From the NCBI GenBank assembly GCA_012295275.1, contig CM022665.1:27404001-27468000 (forward strand): 64,000 nucleotides of DNA, in the 5' to 3' direction. A program made the translations under genes and the position numbers. The notes under the pieces were generated by a model. That model was not told where the DNA came from and did not search any database. It saw only the letters and a program-made list of their open reading frames with translations. This DNA is from Chrysomallon squamiferum (lineage: Eukaryota; Animalia; Mollusca). Every line of letters begins with the position of its first letter. The stretch's first letter is position 1. Positions 49,738-61,233 of the stretch are shown piece by piece.

Positions 49738-50231
49738 TATGGATATGCTGATGATGATCATCATCATTGTCCTTATTTACATCCTGCTCTTAATAAACTG
49801 AAATGGAAACTTTTTACAAATCTCAATACATTTTGTCACAGGTATGACACTTTACATTAGTACTGAACATTCAGAGCTGATATTTTGATTAGTAATGTGT
49901 CCTCTGACTTTATTAAACGTTCGTTATGAAAGAAAGGATTTTTTGTTTAAACATTTGCCACACATACACTTCAAATCAGTGACTGTATTATATTTTAGAA
50001 GTATGTGGGCTCTGGAAATATTTACCTCCTATTAGTATCAATAAGCAGACCTGTAGAAAACTTGTATCAGAAATGCTAACATCAAACACATGTTTCTTTT
50101 ACACACAAGTTACCATCATTCCGTTTGTTGTGGTACTGCTGTAGATCTTCAGTTATGATGTTTAAAATGGCCAAAATCTCATCTCTGAGATCACCAACAA
50201 CTGGTTTTCAAGTATGTCAAACTTTTTACCC

Positions 50232-50455
50232 TGGCTGCTTCTTGGCCTTAGTTTTGATTCGACACCATAACTCCTTCACATTCTTGATGGTGCATTTAGG
50301 CCTCTCTGGAAATAGGGCTCCCATTTGCTGCCCCATAATCACCTTAAGTTTGATTTACTTTGAGTTACTCTTTCACCTTCAATGATCTCTTTATGACTTG
50401 TTATTAATTCAGCTAACTTCATTTTTTAATCAGAGGAATAATCTTCTGGGTGTTT
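50232..50455 (-). pseudogene. Myb/SANT-like DNA-binding ORF relic of the Harbinger element
   Basis: Minus-strand translation with stops and a frameshift: HPEDYSSD*KMKLAELITSHKEIIEGERVTQ...QQMGALFPERPKCTIKNVKELWCRIKTKAKKQ. This fits the Myb_DNA-bind_5/MSANTD pattern (F..EEK..L..LV..HK.IIE...R.T..Q.K..W..LK..AKK). Confidence 0.7.
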
Positions 50456-52901
50456 TTTTTTCAGAAATTTTATACTATGGTGTAGCTGTATGCTATGGGG
50501 CTTTATAATACTGTGCATGTGTGTATTGAAAATGGCTTCTTTATTTCAAATATTTGAAACTGCACATTGTATATACCTATATGGTAAATATTTTAATGTT
50601 AATAATAATTACTGATATTTGTATTAATAAAATTATTATATTTTAAATATAGCAGACTCCCATTCAATTTCTGAAAAATATACTTGATGTGGTATAATCA
50701 CATGTAAGTTGTAATATACACGAACAATATAAAGTACCATTCTGATTTGTTGTAATGTACAAGTTACACATGGATAGCAAGTTGCACGTGTTCATCTTTT
50801 GATAATATACGATAAACGCAGGTGTTTAGCCACACGAGTACAAGTGTGATTTTGTCCACGTTTAAAACTTGCTCGCACCTAAGATAAACATGCAACGATC
50901 ACCTTTCGTAAATTTGGCCTATAATGTTTATGTATCTTCAGCAGAGAGCATAGACTCAGGATTGTGTGCCCATGACAAAGACTACTTAACCATCAGTAAA
51001 TACTGTGCAGAAAAATCAGAATAATAACATTAAAAAAAAATAATAATCTTTGGTTTTTTTTATTTCCAGTAATGGATTAATTTGCTATATATTTATATAA
51101 CATCTGAAAATTCACTGTGAACACAAATAACCCACTTAATTACAGTAATTATTTATTCCCTTTCTCCTTATAACTGATTGCCTATCAAGCCATACATTTC
51201 TCTTCGATATATGTATGTGTATGTGTTTGTATAAACACGCACATAAGTACATAACGTAAATATATTAAAATTAATTAAGTTTTCAGTATTATTTCACTAT
51301 TATACAGTTTCAATTGCTAGAATAAAAACACATGAATACATCATCACTCGATAGTAGTAAAAGATAGTAGCAAATGAAAACAAAAGTAAAATATTAAATT
51401 CTGCACACATTTATATGAAGAGGAATGTATATTTTTATTACAAAGGTGAAAATATATATGTAAAACAGATGATTTGCTATTTTCTGGATTTAAACCATTT
51501 AAACTTGGAAACATTTGGTTCCTGACAGCATTATTAATTTGGGTCCATGCAGACAAGGACATTTTATTTTAAATTTCTATAAATTTCTATAAATTTCTAC
51601 AAAATAACACTTAAGTCCTGCGAAGTTCAATATATGTACTTTTGCTTAACTAGGTTGACCACTCGTACATTCTCGAAAGTTTACTAAAGTTGAAGGTTGT
51701 TACAGAAATTAGATACAAATAAAGTTCATGTGAATAATAACAAAAATAATAAATGTGTTATCTTTTGTATAGTTTGACCTCACTGTCCTTTTATTTGACT
51801 TTATTTGTGAACTTTAATATTTTTATTATTAAAAAAATTAGATAATACTAAGCAGAATATTTGGTTTAAAAAAATACAAAAGTAATTTATTCATTTTAAC
51901 TTATTGTTTTAAAAATTAAGTTACAGAAATTTGTTAAACAGACATTTACTGGTTGGTGTTCTGTATATAGAAAGTGTCATTCCATGTTTTAGATTTTACA
52001 ATTTATGAGTTTGATTATAGATGTTTGGTATTTTTAGGACAAATACTTGTTAATTAAATGAATATTATATGTTAATTTGTTTCTTAAGTATGTGGCATTA
52101 AAATAAAATACAGAAATTTTCTTTTTCTGTTTTTAATGGTCTATGATATCTAGACATTGATACACACTGAATATTTTTGCTAAAGATTGCCTGTGTTTTT
52201 GTATTAAACTGACAACAATTTTTTCATCCTTAAATATCAAGAGAGTTATAACTCTATTAATTAAGTAAATAAGACTGGTTTATTTACTCCCACTAATTAA
52301 CAGAGTTAGATCATTAGACATGATAAAAGTTGGTGTGGAAATTTGTTTGGTTGTTTATAATTTTGTATGTGTATAAATCTAATTTGATTGATCTTGCTTT
52401 GATTGAGATAGTTGAAATTGTGGCTGGTATGCATTTCACAATTTTTTTTAAAATGTTTATTTATACAATGACGTTTGTACTTTCTGTTAGTGCAACTGTA
52501 ACTGACACAATGACTAAATCAGTTTATTTAATTTAATTTTTTATTTTTATTTTTATTTTTTTTATAACCTGTTATGGTGATTTCTTATCTGAGGTAAAAG
52601 ATACTAAAGGTAACCAGTTCACACCTGTGTGGTCACAGATATTTAAATTTCACTTATTATGAGTATATTAAAAGATTTGATTTTTAAATATTACATTTAT
52701 GATAAATGAAAATTTATTTATTTATTTATACAAATTAACATCTTGAAGCTGAATATATTTCATAAACTTTGTGAATGTCCTCAGGTTTATTATGGTATTA
52801 TATTTTATAATTAAGAAAGTTTGGTATATTGTTCAAATACAGTTCACGTCGAAATTTAAACAGTATTTAATGTTTTTATTTGTACCACTTTAGACTTGAG
52901 C

Positions 52902-52937
<36 letters not shown>

Positions 52938-55065
52938 TACGAGCTTTATCATACATTATTAGTTATCAGAGCAAATTCATAACAGTCAACTGGCAGACTA
53001 ATAAATGATGATATAATGTAGTTGTTATCTAAAACTTTAAATAAAAATATGTAGCCTGTGTTTTCATTATAAACACAAAGAAGAAAAACAACAAAATCAC
53101 ATTATTTTGTAAGGTATTATTAATATTATCAACTGGCACAAAATGGAAGGCACAAAAAAAGTACTATTTTGGCAATGTTTATATTGGGTATTCGTAATAC
53201 AAAAGTAATATTACATTAATATTAAAAATGGGATCATGAACAAAGAAATAGTTAATTGTCAAAGCCAGGAACTAACATACAGTGTGTATTGGTAAGGCAA
53301 CAGGAACATACTAATAATGTGCAAAATAATTTTTACTTACGGCTGAAAAAACAAAGCAAAAAATAAAGAAACCAAAAATGTAAAGCTAAACATATTTCAT
53401 ATAGTTCAAAGTAATTGCAACTGTTCTTTGTTAATAATAAACTATATTTTTATCTGAACATAAAATTTTAAAAAGTAATAATAATAACACACTGAGAATT
53501 TTAAATTCTCACTTCTTTTGTTTTTATTTCTATGTACAAAATGGCATTATGATAAATATTATCACAAGATAAAGAGTTTAATAGTAGTAAAAATTGCATG
53601 AACAAATAAACAATAAGTTTGAAATATGTTTTGGCTGTTCACAAGTACATGCAATACAAAATGTATAGGCCATTCACACAAGATACACATTTTTTTTTTA
53701 CATTTAACATGCATACAAATAGTTAAATAGATATAAATCTGGTCAAAAACATCATTTGTTTTAAAATATGCCTTTTATGTATACAGAAACTAATTTCATA
53801 ATAAAATAGTTTTATAGCAGTTTTGAAATGTTTTAATAAAAATAATCGTTTTACAAAGTAAGAATAATTAAGAAATATAATGATGATGATAATAATTATA
53901 ATTATGATGATAATAATTATAATTCTGATAATAATCCCTCCCTTTACAAGGCCTCATAAAAACATGAAAACCAACTGTTCAGTAAATTTTATAGCAGATG
54001 TCTTCACTCCCCATCAAAAACCTCTTCACAAAAAAAATCTTTGAAAACCAGTGGTTCACTAAATTTTACAACACATGTGACAATACATGTGGAAGACTAA
54101 ACTAAACTAGCAGTTCACACAACAGAAACAAATGAATACAAAACAATATCTATAATAAATATTAATTAATTATGAAATTTTATAGAAAAAACTAATAAAA
54201 TGTATACTAAACATTAATTATTAAACTTTATACATCTGTAATACAATCTATAATAAATATATCATTACAAAATTTTATACAATTGTAACAAAAATCTAAA
54301 ATAAATATTAATTAATTATGAAAATGTATGCAAAAATAAAACCACTGATACATTCTATGATAATTATTATTCAATTTTAAGGAAGAAAACTTTAAAATTC
54401 TGCAACAAAATATATATACCAGTGTCCAAGATAAAAGGGGAAAATATCTTTGTTTAATAGTAAACATTTTTTTTCATTTTTTGCCTATTTATATGGCATT
54501 ACATCATTAAGAGAAAACCTGTTCCTCTGACAGTTAGTTACTCTTTTTTCCCAGTTAGGAACAAGTGATTTTTTTTTATATACATAAAGCCAATCAAAGG
54601 CCAAAAAGAACATAAAGAGCCTTAGATAAACCAGCCATGAAAATTGGCTATAACAGGATCACTAACTAATCACAACTGAGGCAAGTACTCTGAAACATAG
54701 CTTAGTCAGCTTTTCACTGACTAACACAAGTACTGCCAATATCTATTATATATCTCTGTTAGTTGAGTATTGTTTCAGATATGAAAATACTTGATGGCCC
54801 CTTATCTTTTCTGTCTGTATATTACAACTACATACGATTTGTGTCCATTGTGTCAAATTATTAGTTATTATTAATAATAACACTAAACTATTTCCTATGT
54901 TCAGTTTCTTCCTTTTTCTTCATATGTTATTTGTTTTCTTTTTCTTTTGTTTTGTTTCATAAGACATTCATACACCAAAGTCCATCAGTGGTACTTTAGT
55001 CACTAACTTTCTTTCGTTTATATATATAGAAATATAGAAATATAAATATAAATATCTATATATAA

Positions 55066-55097
<32 letters not shown>

Positions 55098-55461
55098 AAG
55101 CACACACACATGCACACACATCTAAAAATGCATATAAATGATTAATGCTGATAGGAAAAGATTTTTTTACTATTTTGACTTAAGTATCGTGAAGTATGTT
55201 ACATTAATCAAAATACTGCTATAAAATAAAATTATTTTCTATTCATTATATTGGGAAATACTGTAAATAAATAACATTTACATAATTATTAAGACATTTA
55301 ATTGCCCACCAGAAAAAAAATGAATCTATGAAAATTCATGTATCTGTTGAAACAAGTGAATTGTTGTCTGTAAAGTAATATATAAAAAAAGACAATGCAG
55401 TGTGATACTTTGTAACAAGTCAGTTGTCACTAAATGTAAAATAAAAATTCCATGTAACAGG

Positions 55462-58400
55462 TCAAGGTGCATCAATGTAAACTCTCTTTTTTGTTGGTAA
55501 CTTTGATTTTTGAGATTCGTGTGACTGACTGGGCACAAAAGAACTGTTTGGGTGAGCCATTCGGGCCACATCTATTCTGTCATTCATATAATCCTGAAAA
55601 TAATTAAAAATAAAACATATTCCTGGATAATCACAAAATATTTTCATAACAAATACTTTTACCCGAGTGAAACCAGATTAGTTTATTATAATATAAAGAT
55701 GAGACATATTTATTGTATTGTGTATTTCACTGTTGTTCTGCATTGTATTGTGTTATGTTAATCTGTATTATGTTGAATCCTGTTGTGTTGTATTGCAGTT
55801 GCTGTATTCTGTTTTGTACTGCTTTTCAAGCCTTTTTTTTTTTTTTTTTTTGAAAATATATGTATCACTTATGCAGAATCATAAACCATTTATACAGGTA
55901 AACCCATCCATAAACATTCAAAGATATTTTTTCAACAATGTCAAAATTCAGAATTATATATCTAAATATGCACAATAATAATAAAAAATATGTTTCTCAC
56001 CTTTATTTTAGAAAGTTTTTGTTCTAATGTAATTTTATCTCCAGGTGGGTCCAATTCTTTCCTGCACTTTTCATATATGTTGTCTATTGCCATAAAGATT
56101 ATTCCTATTTCAGTCCTCTGCAACAGAAATGAGTTAAACAAGGATTACTGATAATTATTCAAGTGTTAATATAAAATATATTTACTAACATTCTAGTAAT
56201 AATCTCTTTATTTATTATCTGATGTATAATAACATCATCTTTTTATAGGTATCAGTGTGACATTAACAGCAATATATATTCAACATTTGTTAAGAACCAG
56301 CTTTTTTTAATTCAACATGTTTTACCTATTATTGTACTAAGTTACTTCTGGTTTTTAACTGAAATCTTTTATAACTAAATAGTGTATTCATTATTTATGT
56401 TTTGCATCCATGCACAGTTCACATTCTGACATACATATGCCCATTACCAAAAAATCTGAATTTGGAAAATAAAAGATTTTGTTTAACTGATGTATTTTAA
56501 TATTAACAGATAATTGGTATTTTTCGTACAGTTTTTGATAATGATGACAGAAGGAAAGAAATCTGTCATTTGACATATAATTAGTGCAATATACATTTCA
56601 CTCACCCTTGATCTCAGTTCACCTTTACTGCGATTAAAAGACTGTTCCCTTTCCTCATTAATTTCCACCTTACTCTCATGTATATCTTGTAACTGTGACA
56701 GCTCACTGTTTTTAAACATCTTCTGTTTGCTGTGCTCTTTATTCAGCTCAGTTAGTTCAGACTTCAACTCTTCCAGCTACAGAAAATAAAAATAATAATC
56801 GATTTTTAAAATAAATGATTAAATTTGATTTTGTTATATATGCTGCATCACTAAAGTGTTTGTATGGTGATGCAAATAGATACATACATTTTGCACATAC
56901 ACCCAAAAATGATTGTTTTATTTATTTTCACTATAAACGTTTGTTAATAATGAAGTGCATGTATTTATAAATATGTAAAAAGTAGCATTCTTTCAAATTG
57001 GTGAATTCATTTTGTGCATATATTTTATTTGTCATATTTGTTAAATAGCCAATTATTATGTAGAAAATATTGGTAAATGAAAAGTCACATGTATACAATA
57101 AAATTAAACTGGTAAATAAATACTTTAAAAAAAATATATTTTTAATTTAAATAGAACTGTAAAGAAAGAATTATAAATTGTTTAGAAACCTCATATAGTT
57201 TTCAGCTCACCTGATCCTCAATGCGTTCTAAATGTCCCACAAGATCAAGATTTGAATCATTCAGTGTTCTGTGTCTCATCATCAGACCTTTCACTTTGTC
57301 CTCTGAAGGTGGCAGATAATCTGTAAGTTACAGACATTCAGTTACTGTTATGCATGGCTTGGAACACTAATACAAATATTTTCATTTTCAAATTAATGGT
57401 TGAAGAAAATCTGTTACTGGCATAAGAGCTCTGTAACTTACCTTCAGGCATAGCATCAATGACTTGCATAAGAAAATCTTCATATTTCTTGTACTTTGCA
57501 AGTTTATTTTCCAAATATGCATGTCTGTAGAGGAAGTAACAATGAATTAGAAGTTATTAATTATTCATTAATGACGTTTTTAATTTCAAATATATTTTAG
57601 CCTTTAAAATAATTAATATTTTCATTTTTGTTTAACAGTATTTACATTTCAGTAATTCTATTTGTTAATTAATTCTGCATTAAGAGTTAAATGAGAAAAT
57701 AATACAAAATTATTCTGTTTGTTAATCATCTTTTAAAATATTAGATCATTATAAATAGTATGTTTTTTAATGCAGTTTCTGACAATATTTAATTATGTAA
57801 CCTTTCTCTGAGTTCCTCCAGCTGGCCAAGTAAAATTTCGAAATCTGAAGTTTTCTGAATTCGTAGTTTAACTTCTTGTTGATATTTCTGAATAGCTCGA
57901 CGTCTCTTTGCCTCATTTTCCTGGATAAACTTTTCAAATTTCTCAACTCTATCTTTCATCTGGAACAATAACAATAACAATAACAATAACAATAAATAAT
58001 GATGATGATGATGATAATATTTAAGGAATAATAATAGTTATAACATAATAATAAATTAAGACTTTAAATAATATTAGAATCAGTAAGTAAATTAATATAT
58101 ATTGAACAAATAAACAAATGAGAACATATTAAAAAATAAATTAATAACTAAGAATGTAAATAAATAAAAAAATTAATTTTTAAAAATTAACATTTGATCT
58201 TTAACCCAACCATATAGATAACTGATGATTAATTGAAAGTATAATTCAGTTTTAATTAAGCTTTTATGCATCTGTGATAAATATGCAACAGAACTATAGA
58301 AACAAATAGACAGACAGACACAGAGAAAGAGAGAGAGAGAGATTTAAATATTTACCCTCTGTTGTTTTTTCTGCACTTCAACCTGACGTTTGGCACAGGC

Positions 58401-59552
58401 ATCCATCCGTTCACGGAATTCTTGCCGTTTCTTCTCCAGGTCTGCATGAACTTGTTGTACCTCAACATCTTTTTTAAGTAGAAGAGTTTTCTGTAGAGTG
58501 TTTATTCCTGTCTCTACTAATTTAGCACCTGATTCTTTGACGACAGGGAATGCTGTGACATCCTCTTCATCCTCTCTGAATGAATGAATGGATAACTGAA
58601 TTAATCCAAATATATAATGAATCACAGACCCCCTATATAAAATATATATATGATAAAAAAAACAACAATAAAAAAAAAAACCCCCTTTCTTAATAGATGT
58701 AAAAAGTGGTAATAAATATGATTATTTATATGAGTAAAATTTAATGTTGAAGTTAAAAATTCAACTACAACTATGTGGACCAAATAATAATAGTTATGAT
58801 TATGAAAAATATATCATTTGTAGTATTTAATATATCTTGCAAGTTTCACATAACAAATTTATATTTTGGAGTCATTTTGGTTATTTGTCTGTCTGCCTGC
58901 CTGTCTATCTTTACCTATCTATCACTTTCTATTTATTTATTTATTTATTTTCTCTCCCAGAATATTTCTTTCTTGAAATAAATATAACTTGAATAATCAA
59001 TATAAGCTGAGATGAAATACGGGAAAACCCTTACAACTTGACAATAAAAACATTTAGAGCAGAAGGGCGGCTTTCACTAAGATGGTTATTACAGATTATA
59101 ACAACGAACAGCTCAAGGATATACATAATCCGTAATCCGCAAGATCATTTGACAAATCACTTCCAGAACTCTTAAGAGCTTATTTCACACACTCGAGTGC
59201 GTTAATTGAAATTTCCTCCCGGTATGCCACCATGGCGCTTAAAGCCTAAGCGGTAAAACACTAGAGGAATCGAGCGATAAAATATGATATTAAACACCAT
59301 GCATATATCATTAAAAAAATGTTACAAAACACTACAATGTAATAAATTATGAATGTATCTGCTGAGCATGCGAGAGTAAATTGTTTGTATTACATGTACT
59401 CGCGGGAGACGTGAAAACAATGCTACACAAATTGGATACAATGAAATAACATTAATATTTGATTTGTTCTCTCACCGATCATGCAGCTGTGTCACGAACA
59501 CATTTCTCTTCTGGTTATCTAGGTCTAATTTGTAAGATCTTGTAGCTGCCAT
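55462..59552 (-). CDS. Coiled-coil domain protein of the CCDC42/CCDC197/CFAP73 (DUF4200) ciliary family, complete, 8 exons, 355 aa
   Basis: Exons (minus strand): 59552-59476, 58575-58356, 57959-57802, 57524-57442, 57320-57211, 56776-56606, 56117-56001, 55593-55462. All junctions are GT-AG, phases are consistent, and the total is 1068 nt. The DUF4200-type segment is LLLKKDVEVQQVHADLEKKRQEFRERM...MKDRVEKFEKFIQENEAKRRRAIQK, followed by KYKKYEDFLMQVI and IFMAIDNIY. From memory, the N-terminal KRNVFVTQL and ETGINTLQKTLLLKK most resemble the CCDC197 branch; the paralog assignment is not certain. Confidence 0.9.
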
Positions 59553-60473
59553 TTCGAAATGTTACTTTAATACAGATTATTTAATACGGCTTCAAATTGT
59601 ACTCCATTACCGCAGGACACTATTTTTTTCCATGTCGTCCACCATTGTTAAACAAGTCTATGCAGACGAGCGCACCTTGGTGATAGTCATGTGACTCCCG
59701 TACGACCGTTTATTTCTTATTTTTCGGTTCACGTGACAAATCCGAACTCTATGATTGCCGTCAAATTGACAATCAATAATCCATTTATTTTTTTTGTTTA
59801 CTTGAAGCTGTTTCATGAATGTGTAATGAACAAACGACTAAACATATATTAGTGCCTGTTTTTTTTGGTATTATTATTATTTTTTTTTTAAATAAACGGA
59901 AAAAAAGAAAAGAAAAGAACCAAGAAAAAACAAACAAACAAAAAAAAAAAAAAAAAAAAAGAAGAAAAACAACACCAGTGACTGACAAAATAAATTAAAA
60001 CGTATAAGTAAAACAGAATATTAAATTATAACACAAAAAGAAATGAGGAAGATCGAAAACACTGAAGTGTTTTCAGATTTCAAAAGGCTTTGTTTTCGAA
60101 TATGAGACTGTAAACTATATATGTAAATGCTGAAACACACACACACACGCACATGTACGCACACCCACACACCCACCCACACACACACATTAGCGTAGCT
60201 AGAGTGGGAACAGGGAAGCGACGTCTGTCCATAAACACATTCTTGATATCTGGCCTGTTCAACAATAATTAACCCTCAAGTTCATTTATGCGATAAAAGT
60301 CGAATCTTATTATTTCTTATTTTATTTTAGTTCAGTTCAGTTCAGTTTATTATTATTATTAATTTAATTAATTTAATTTTTTATTTTTTATTTAGTATTA
60401 TTATTGTTGTTATTATTATTATTATATATATATATATATGTATGTATATATAAATGCCTAGACTCATATATTC

Positions 60474-60526
<53 letters not shown>

Positions 60527-60906
60527 ATATTAACCACAATATTTATTACTTCCTTTCTGATTTAAAAGAAAACAACTACAAAAAAAACCAACAACAAACA
60601 AACAAAATGAATTAGAAAACGGTATCTACTAATATTTCTTCGCAAAGCATGAAAACCCATACCACTAATTTTGCTAACAGCATTAATAGAAAACAAAGTC
60701 ATAGCATTTTCATGACCTGTTAACTGTAGTGAAACTGGGGAGTCAATTGAAAAAACAACAACAAATAATTAAAATTAAAATAGGTTGAGCTGTCTGACCT
60801 AGTTTAGTCATGTGATTGATCACCTTATTTCAGGGTACTCACGAGATAACTTATTTTAATATCAAAAGAACTCTGCAGCAGCTGTAAATTTATCTGAGCT
60901 AAAAAG
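59553..60906. promoter_or_regulatory. Divergent promoter region between the CCDC42-family gene and the countin-like gene, with MiT/TFE (CLEAR/M-box)-type E-boxes
   Basis: CpG-rich. Motifs: AGTCATGTGACT (59685-59696), TCACGTGAC (59729-59737) and AGTCATGTGA (60806-60815, about 90 bp upstream of the inferred ATG). Confidence 0.55.
60476..60523 (+). repeat. (AG)n microsatellite
   Basis: Direct reading of the sequence. Confidence 0.95.
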
Positions 60907-61202
60907 ATGAAGGTAAATATCTTGATTCATAAAACTGCATTTAAAATAATAGTATTGTTTAAATGTTCATTTAATTTAATTTACTTTTGTTAGTTTAATT
61001 AACAAGTAATAATATTTGAATACTTTGGCAAATTTTATAACACTAATTTTTTATACAATATATGTATAACATGAAAAGTGAATAACATATCCCTAGGTTT
61101 TGAATTGAAATCCTCCAAAATAAAAAAAAGGTCGCCAAAGCAAAAAAAAAAAAAAAAAAAAAGCTATATGAAGCAAATAACAGAATAATAAATAAATCAA
61201 TA

Positions 61203-61233
<31 letters not shown>

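Larger units (their letters stand above)
49367..50920. mobile_element. Decayed, internally deleted PIF/Harbinger DNA transposon
   Basis: Imperfect TIRs: AGGGTGAATTTGTGAAAGGTG (49367-49387) versus the reverse complement of 50900-50920, AGGCCAAATTTACGAAAGGTG (16/21 identical; several differences look like CpG decay). The interior carries a transposase N-terminal relic on + and a Myb/SANT relic on -, the two-gene layout of Harbingers. The TSD is not clean. Confidence 0.75.
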
